A stretch of DNA of 57,192 bases, counting the filler, from Sphacelaria rigidula (taxonomy: Eukaryota), in the NCBI GenBank assembly GCA_964200075.2. It is 7 parts of 7 records of this genome, joined end to end, with 100 filler letters (N's around TTAATTAATTAA, not from the genome) between each part and the next. Parts side by side here need not be neighbours in the genome. Positions count along the whole stretch, not along the records: positions 49,109 to 57,192 come from CAXNAA020012365.1; 6 more parts are not named here. One strand, 5' to 3'. Of this stretch, positions 49,691-57,192 are shown in pieces. The notes under the pieces are model-generated. The model had not been told where the DNA came from and did not search any database. It saw only the letters and a list, made by a program, of their open reading frames with translations. The position numbers and the translations under genes are program-made. Position 1 is the first letter of the stretch, and the number at the start of each line of letters is the position of its first letter.

Positions 49691-50488
49691 TGAAATATTC
49701 CGTCTGAAGTTTCATCCGTTGTATCATTTTAATTTAGACCGCCGGGCGCGGCGGCTATAACGCTTCACAAGTACTGTGTGCACTTTTGTCGTGTATCGTC
49801 GATGACTCCTTCTCCAGCAAGTCAATCCTCTCCACACGCACAACATATGGGACTTTCTATGGCATCTGCGTAGGGCGCATTGTAGTGTGGTGTACCGCTT
49901 CCACGTCATCGACTGTCAATCAGTCGCCCATTGAGGCAAAGAAGACGGTATGTCGTCGAACACGTTCTGCTACAGCTCATGTCTTTGTCGTCGTTGGTTT
50001 TTGGATCAGCATGATAGGCACCCAACTACTGTTGTGACTATTAGTACAAGAGCGGAACACAGCAGCACATACTATTGTTCAACCTGTGCTTTTTTTCGGC
50101 TTTTTCAACTCATGGTTTTCGGAGCCTTTTTTGCTTGAGGTGTAGCAAACCCGGACCTTTTTGCTAGAGTCTTATCCTTGGATACTCTTTGCCTTTGTTA
50201 TATCTGTCTACCGCACTTTGATTTCAATCAATCAACCCCCTTACCCCGAAGACGGTGGTATAGACCCTTGGTTCTGATGTACTGCTTTCGTAGCTACCCC
50301 TCACCCTTCTAGTCCATACCTCACCCGGCAAACGCCCCCCTTGTTCTGTGATATTACTCATTGTCCTGTCATGCCACCTCTCATCCTTGAAATCTACCCC
50401 TTATCCAGTAGTTCTACCCTGTGTTGTGCGCTGTAGCGGGTCTCAACCTTTGTTCTTCGGTTGATTGCCCCCTTCATTGTTGTTCCAG

Positions 50489-50650
50489 GCCCTGGGGCGC
50501 TGCATTCGGCACATTTACGACTACGGCGTGATCTGTCTTTTGGATAGCCGATTCGTAGAGCAGAAGATGAAGGATAATCTGGCCAGGTGGATGAGGGACT
50601 ACGTGACGGAGTTTGACATGTCTTCGGACATAGAGCAAAGGATACGTCAG
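50489..50650 (+). CDS. FANCJ/BRIP1-like Rad3/XPD-family DNA helicase, exon with helicase motif VI
   Basis: TTCCAG|ALGRCIRHIYDYGVICLLDSRF...EQRIRQ|GTTCGT, 162 nt. (Q)ALGRCIRH is the FANCJ-type version of the motif (RTEL1 has QAIGRVIRH, DDX11 has QSIGRAIRH). Confidence 0.9.
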
Positions 50651-50934
50651 GTTCGTTGCGTCTCTTCGTTCTTTGTCGTCCTGTGAGCCCCTCCCCTCCC
50701 TCCGGAACGGGCCCATCGTGGTAGCTTCAAGGTATCAAACCCGTCTCTCCCTTGGGACCCAACTACCCGCCTCACTCTATGTTTCTCATATCGAGTGTTA
50801 CATGGGCAATCCCGTAGCAAGTCAATTTTCACAGTCAAAATGTATATTGTCTACTTGTCTAGAGAAAGCAAGGATAAAAGAAATAAAAAATGAAAACGGT
50901 GTTTATCTCGGCTCACACACGCACGCACGCACAG

Positions 50935-52659
50935 CTGTTCAAGACAGCCCCGGATTACATAGAGGAACGCAAACGAAATGAGGCAGCGCAGAGAGCAGCG
51001 GTGGCAGAAGGGCGACAACAACAACACCGGCAAATGCAAGAGGCAACAATCGCGGAGGGAAAGACCGCGGCGGACGTGGAGGAGGTGACAGCGACGCCGA
51101 CACAAGCAAGGGGGGCAGCGGCGTTAGCACGAGGAGATGGCCCGCGACAAAGCTCAGGCGGTGGCTTCGCTGTTAGCCGCGCGTGTAGTAGTCCCCGAGA
51201 AAGCTTGGGGGCCGTTTCTCGCGCGAGTGCCGTAACTAGGGATGTTGTGTCTCAGTACTCGCCGCCACCCTCGACGGCAGGAATGACGACGACAGTATCG
51301 AGCGGGAGGCGGACCACTGACGGAAGATTCTCAGGAAAAGCACCCCGGACAGGAGACCCATTTGAATCAGGTTCTAGCTTAGTACGCCCTTCGAACAGGG
51401 TGCAACGTCTTTCTTCAGCGATTGGGGGTGGTGACGACGGTGTCAACAGAGGGGTCGGAGAAAGCGTCCCATCCAAGCGTCGCCCTTTGGTCGCAGTGCC
51501 GCGTTACGACAGAAACGCCGTTGCGCTTGGCCAGGCGAGAAGCGCAGGTATCGGTAACAGTAGCGGTACCAGCAGTAGTGCTGAAGGAGAGACCGCCAAT
51601 GCGCTTGGTGTCACGACGTCCACTCCTGCCGCCGCCGTTGCTGCCACTGCTGCCACTGCGTCCTCGCTCGCGATCACTCCCTCTTCCTGGTCCTCCACCC
51701 TCACTTCCACAGCTTTTCGTCCTGGCTTCGAAGTCGACGCGTTAGTCTCGGGATTGGGCGAGTCGCTGGCGCCGACGGCGTCGAGTAATACAACCGCTAT
51801 AGTAACGCCAAGCGAAGGTAGAGGTGTGTCCGAGGGAAGTACAAGGTCTACTCCGCCGGTTGCGATCGGTGCAGTCATCGAAAGTCGTATTGGCGATAGC
51901 CGACGAGTCGTGGGGACCGTTTGCCCGGGGGTCATTAGAAATCAAAATACGTCAGAGGTAGCGGACGCTGTTGGTGACGCACGGAAACTACCACCCCGCA
52001 GCAGCGGTACCAATAGCAGTAGCAGCAACAGCGGTGAAGCCTGCGGCACCGAGAGCGCCTCTGAGGACTCGTATGCGCAACCAGTCGCAAGTACGGCGGC
52101 GCGCGAGGACCGGACATCATTTCGTCGAGTACCTTTAAACGTTGAGCAACAATGCCGGCAGGGCGGCATGGTCGGCGTAAACTGTAAAGATGGTGGTGGT
52201 GGGAGCAGTGATGGGGGCAATGGCAATCATGATGTGTCATCGACCGGTGGTAGTTCTAGTAGGATATATTACGGTGAGACCGGCGAAGGCGGAGTGTCGA
52301 TCATGTTGGCGTGTGAGGTGCATCAAGATGGCAGCGTCGACAGGGCGATGCCCGCAACGGACGGCGCCCGACGACAAAACGCTTCATCATTAGGTGAACC
52401 TAGTGATCGTAGAAATGACGAGTCCGAAATTAACGAGGTCGGGTGCGCTGCGGGGCAGGAAAAGGAGCAGGAGGAGGAGCAGGAGGAGGAAGAAGGAAGA
52501 GACGGTGGGCGTCGAGTGACGAACGGGAGTGGCGCTTTCACCCTAGTAAGTGCGGCGAAAGATGTGATCACTCAAGAACGGGAAGAAGCAGAGGCAGTGG
52601 ACCCCATGTACCTGAGCGACTCAACTAAGTGGAGCGTAGGGAACGAGGAGTACAGTTAA
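50935..52659 (+). CDS. Terminal exon of the FANCJ-like helicase: long Ser/Gly/Thr/Glu-rich, probably disordered tail
   Basis: Acceptor GCACAG at 50934, phase 0, matching the previous exon. 574 sense codons open to TAA. Confidence 0.82.
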   Translation: MFKTAPDYIEERKRNEAAQRAAVAEGRQQQHRQMQEATIAEGKTAADVEEVTATPTQARGAAALARGDGPRQSSGGGFAVSRACSSPRESLGAVSRASAVTRDVVSQYSPPPSTAGMTTTVSSGRRTTDGRFSGKAPRTGDPFESGSSLVRPSNRVQRLSSAIGGGDDGVNRGVGESVPSKRRPLVAVPRYDRNAVALGQARSAGIGNSSGTSSSAEGETANALGVTTSTPAAAVAATAATASSLAITPSSWSSTLTSTAFRPGFEVDALVSGLGESLAPTASSNTTAIVTPSEGRGVSEGSTRSTPPVAIGAVIESRIGDSRRVVGTVCPGVIRNQNTSEVADAVGDARKLPPRSSGTNSSSSNSGEACGTESASEDSYAQPVASTAAREDRTSFRRVPLNVEQQCRQGGMVGVNCKDGGGGSSDGGNGNHDVSSTGGSSSRIYYGETGEGGVSIMLACEVHQDGSVDRAMPATDGARRQNASSLGEPSDRRNDESEINEVGCAAGQEKEQEEEQEEEEGRDGGRRVTNGSGAFTLVSAAKDVITQEREEAEAVDPMYLSDSTKWSVGNEEYS

Positions 52660-54495
52660 CCGTGTGATGGAAGTTTGAAAATTTCACTCATGATGCTGTG
52701 AGTTGATGTCATATTTGTGCAGTGGTATTTCAAGAGTTTGGCGAGTGTACATGTTTCCATACGTGCGTGTTTCTATGACAGACTCTGAAAAATATTCCGG
52801 GTAGCTGTGGATTGCATGTGTTCCATCTGTCCTGTGCATGGGCTCAAGACCTGTACAGGATCTAGAAGTAGCGTTTAGAGTGTTCATCCTATGTATGTGA
52901 TTGTGAATTTTTGTTGTCTTTATGGCCGTCTTTTTACGTGTTGCTCTGTGGTCGCTTTTTGGTGTTTAGGTGAGGCCTAGTGCTGTGATTTCACCGTTTT
53001 CGCGGTTGCGAGGCTGCTTCTTGGAGCAATAAGGGCAACGGTTGTTTTGGTCACTGGATTGCTGAAGCAAATTGTGCATATACAATCGATAGTTTTCTTG
53101 CATCAACGCTCTCCATATACGTAGGGTGAGGCCAATCGATTCGACGTGTGTTCTTCTCCTTCTGGAATCGGCACAGGAGTAAACTGCCGTAGGTTGCCGC
53201 AAGGTGTACAGTACAGTTAAAGTAGCAGGTGTGTGTGTATAGATTGCTCTGCTTTGCATCGCGCTTCCAATTTTCTTTTTTCCTTTTCCTTTTTTAGGCT
53301 ACTTCTTATATATCGAAAAATATAGCTTGTTGAAAAGTGCTTCTTTTATCCTTCTCCGTCGTTTTTGTTCCGAAAAGAAGGCTTAGCGGATGTTGACACC
53401 TTGGAATGACTTGCTCTACTCGCTGAGACCGTTCCAGAGCACCTTTTCGTTTTCCGTAGGTCACATTTCGTTCTTGGCCAAAAATTGGGATAGTACAGCC
53501 TGTACTCGGACATGCAGTAGTACGAGGTCATAAGTAAACCCAGCCCGCTGAGCATGTTCTCTATGCGTGTAGCTGTGTTCATGTGAACTATGTGCGTGCT
53601 GTTCACCTGCCCTGTCCGAGTACACGCTGTACGCTGCAAGCACAGAGAGTACAGTAGTGATGGTGTTTACGAAGACCAGACTCGGGTCAGGACTTGGACT
53701 TTGTAATTCCCCCGAAGTCCAAAGTCAGTTCAAAGCCCAATGGTTGCGTTTCGCTCGGTTTGGGCTTTTGATAGGAGATGCTATTGGCCAAGAGGCGTGA
53801 CGTGTAAGGCGTAACTGTCCTCCCGACAACACACACCACATCAACCACCTCGCTGCTCGCGCAAGCACCAGAGCACACGCCCAGAACATGGCGAATCAAC
53901 GGGTGATGGTATGGTTGTGGTGTTCTTTTGAGGTCAGCACAGCAACATATGCACAAAGAAATAGTATTTTGAGCACAACTTGACACAGATAGCGATTGAC
54001 GTGACGTGTATCCGGTTTGCACATAAGTTGTTGCAGACCAGGAGAATCATTTTGGTCACAAATCATGAATCACATGGGCACAAACGACGTATGTTTTACT
54101 CATAGCCTGTCTTTGCCACCTGCCTGCCTGACCCCTCTTGTGTTGCCAACATAGCTTCACACGGTAGTATTGCTGTGGAACACTAAGTAGAGACACCAGT
54201 AGCGTGCAGGAGACTGTGTTCAGTCCAGAACGATGCACGCTCACTGTTTCTTGCTGCTGAGTCCAGTGAAGATATTCAACTGATATTGACTTTGTCCGCA
54301 CTCGAGTGCGGGTGGGTGTAAAGTCGTGAGGGTTTATCCTGTAGAGCTTTCTCTATATTTGCGGAGCATCCAGGTAATATCTAGGTGACAGTAGTAGGTC
54401 GTATTGTAAAGGGCATTATCCGTGTTCAGTCTCGAACCAAGTATCATTCCTCCAAAAGGCGATAAATAATTCGGTGCCACCCCGACTCTATGCAT

Positions 54496-54647
54496 ACCGA
54501 AACACCGCATGCAGCACTACAACTTTTAAGGCACTCTCGTGCGCCCATCGCACCGTGATCGTCGCAGAGTGTTTAGATGCACAACAGCACAGCGACATCT
54601 ACAGCATATAATTGGTGGGTTCGTGAAGCACCTTGTTCGTTTGACTC
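54496..54647 (+). repeat. ~150-bp direct repeat (second copy ~55335-55485)
   Basis: AACACCGCATGCAGCACTACAACT...ATGCACAACAGC...CCTTGTTCGTTTGACT is shared. Confidence 0.88.
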
Positions 54648-54769
54648 GAGGCCAAATAACCATCACACCATGAAGGTGTCAACACGAACAGTGTCTAGAG
54701 GGGGCACTACGTGTTGACATCATGATTTTTCGAGGAGACGAACGCCACGACAATAATGAAACAACTTAC

Positions 54770-55650
54770 ACAGTCAGTCCAAGCGTAGACCAAAACGTCT
54801 TCGAAAAGGCCTGGAGACACCACAGCGCAGCGACAGCTACAGCACAAGAGACAGCGCATAAGTGTGTTTGCGCTGCAGCACAGTGATATAGGATATGTCC
54901 CATGCGATAGTTCTTCCCCTGATTTCGGATGTGCTCGATTTTGGCCGAATGGCAGTTTACAAACGCTGGGCCATAATTGCGCTTTTCATGCGAAGCACGA
55001 TCATGGCCAAGCATTCAAAAATTGGCGTTTAGCAAAAAATGAGGACTCGTCTGAAATGGGGGGAATAACTATTACACGGGACATCAAGGCAGACAGCTCC
55101 TGTCATCAAACGCTTGGGATAGAGCAGCTCCGTGCTGACTCAGTTTGTTCGCCCTAACGTGCACGCGTCCACCTTGCGTGTCTTCTCCGATCCCAGCACC
55201 CGACTATAGCTGAAGTACGGACGGAGACGCAAGAGACAGCTGCACAGTCGTCGCGTGATCGTTTCATCGGTTCACCCTTGTGTACAGACAGTAGCTAGTG
55301 TACAGCACTTTGATCTCACCCCAGTTCTGTGCTTACCGGAACACCGCATGCAGCACTACAACTGTTCAGGCACTCTCCATCGCACATCTCACCATGTTCG
55401 TCGTAGAGTGTTCAAATGCACAACAGCGCAGCGACAACTACAGCATAGAAATAATGGGTATGGGAAGCGCCTTGTTCGTTTGACTACATATTCTGCAAAA
55501 CATATTGTGGTGTTGTGTTCAGTGTAGTACTCTGTACTCCATATAATGGGGTCACGTTTTGGGCAATTTTTCGAAAAGTTCGTCTCGACTGTGCATGACC
55601 GCGTATTCAACTCGATCGCCCACCCCAACACGCAGCTCAGTCGATGGACC
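54770..55650 (-). pseudogene. Micro-exon series resembling a Tudor/SH3-like 'LRFxVGDRVE' domain gene; may be disrupted
   Basis: AG/GT-bounded segments 55600-55650 (GPSTELRVGVGDRVEYA), 55173-55209 (IVGCWDRRRHA) and 54770-54810 (LFEDVLVYAWTDC). Phases do not join directly. Confidence 0.35.
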
Positions 55651-56015
55651 CTGCAACAAAATTAGATGCCCAAGTTTTCGCCAACAAGAAGAAACGCCAA
55701 AAGTGTGGTGTCGATTCAGGCACACGTTTCACTGCAGTAACGTTGATGTGTGGTGGCCACGACCGCTGCAGTTCGTGTCCTTGTCTTGTTATGTTCGCAA
55801 TGACGGTAAACGTGGGGTGGCACCTCGAGGGCGTGTGCTGCCGTAGTAGTACAGCAGCAGCAGCTGGACACTTTTAATTTTGCAACAAGAGAAGCTGATG
55901 CATACTGTGTACAGTCCGTGTTCAGGTTCTAAGAAATGCTGCAAAATTGTGTTATGTTCAGTGTAGTACCCTGTACTCCATATAATGCGGTTATGTTTTG
56001 GGCAGTTTTTCGAAA

Positions 56016-56140
56016 AGTTCTGCTTGTTTTTTCACAATTCCTGCTTGTTTTAAAAGTCCCGCTTTTTTCTTTTTTTTTCAAGTTTTGCTTGTTTCATAAG
56101 TTCTGCTTGTCTTTTTTCAAGTTCTGCTTGTTTTTGTGAA
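56016..56140 (+). repeat. Short minisatellite of AAGTTCTGCTTGTTTT-type units
   Basis: About six variant units. Confidence 0.8.
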
Positions 56141-56289
56141 AGTATTTGAAAAAAATGAGTCAGTTTTTTGTCACAGAAATCCAATGCGGAATCTGGAATA
56201 GCCTGAGACAACAACCAATTTGAAAATTTAAATGTGCGCTCTCGCTTTTGATAACGGTTGACCCCAATGGTTTCAGTGGGGTGGCATAC

Positions 56290-56620
56290 AAGGCAGAGTG
56301 CTATAACAACGTTTTCGTGAGATTGAGAGTAGAGCGCTGATTGAGAGTGGCTTCGATCATCCGCTTTAACTTGACCATTTTTTCATCCCGTGAGTGCTTT
56401 TCTTCGCCTCCATCCCTGGCGTATGCTTACAGCTACACATCGATATCCTACTCAGGGATATCAAGGGCCTCAGTGTCGAGCTACTACAGAAAACATATTG
56501 GATTTCGTGGAGGGACATGTCGGAACTGAAAGGACTCATTCACTTGTTGACCATTTTTGACTCTCAATCATATCCTCTATTCTCAATCTCACGAAAACGT
56601 TGTTTCATGTGCCTTGGCGT
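56290..56620. repeat. Inverted repeat (~56290-56348 / ~56560-56618)
   Basis: AACAACGTTTTCGTGAGATTGAGA vs TCTCAATCTCACGAAAACGTTGTT. Confidence 0.8.
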
Positions 56621-57192
56621 GTCTACGTACAATGATGTCCGAAGGGAGCGCGCGTACTCTTCATGGCAAGGACGAAAGAAACGTTCCAAGTCGGGTGGAC
56701 CGGGCTCGTGCCTACCATGCTCTGGAGCATTTCCCTGTTTTCAAGTAGATTTGCGAAGTAGCTTTTGTCGACACTGATAAATCAAGGCTTCATCTCTGCC
56801 GCCGCCCCTCCCGCCATCTATGAAGCAACTCATTGGAGGCTGCCATCCATACGCAAGATGACTAGCACGGTTTGGGCCGAACAATCTTAGCAGGATGCAG
56901 CTCACCCTTTAAGCGACTCGCCCGACACATCGAGGTGCTTCGCGGTTGATGATCGACTGCGAGCCGGGTCCGGCGAAAACCCGTCGTTCTGCGTCCCGGC
57001 TTTGTAGGGATGCGAGGTTGGAGTGATGCTACGGTAGGGGTACAGAAACAATTTCTGAGGTTAGAATTGTTAGGAACCACTTATCTCATCCAAAACACGA
57101 CTTATGAAGATATGCGAAAGTACGCAGGATTACTATTCCAATGTGCTGGGGATATCACGAATAAATCTGGAAACGGGGATGCCCTGGCCCAC

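Noticed and set aside
56470..56560. Possible Gypsy integrase zinc-finger remnant (NILDFVEGHVGTERTHSLV)
   Set aside because: A single short motif with no supporting flanking homology.

Overview
This is not one locus. It is seven unrelated short contigs (8085, 8085, 8085, 8085, 8084, 8084 and 8084 bp, apparently sorted by length) joined by 100-bp N linkers that carry TTAATTAATTAA (stops in all six frames). The DNA is repeat-rich, intron-rich nuclear sequence, most likely from a photosynthetic stramenopile such as a brown alga. Support for this: GT-AG introns of kb size, a ThiC with a bipartite signal peptide plus SEA|F plastid-targeting leader, and a plastid rpoC2-like nuclear insertion. Two host genes are recognisable: the first two exons of thiC (36643-37244, 40500-40587) and the 3' exons of a FANCJ/BRIP1-like Rad3/XPD-family helicase (50489-50650, 50935-52659). 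Most of the rest is transposable-element debris: two LINE reverse-transcriptase pseudogenes, a solo LTR with target-site duplication (TSD), Gypsy-like LTRs with a primer-binding site (PBS), tRNA-derived SINEs, several palindromic MITEs, a TA-flanked MITE family carrying a tRNA-like B box, a decayed DDE-like transposase with subterminal repeat arrays, a possible Ulp1-like remnant and a possible DIRS-like remnant. The oddest structures are contig 1, a palindrome with ~2.73-kb inverted arms containing a patchwork of unrelated fragments (probably partly an assembly collapse), three old foldback duplications in contig 6, and an unannotated spliced gene candidate divergent from thiC. I found no convincing intact novel multi-gene system. 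All family assignments are by-eye motif recognition, not database results.
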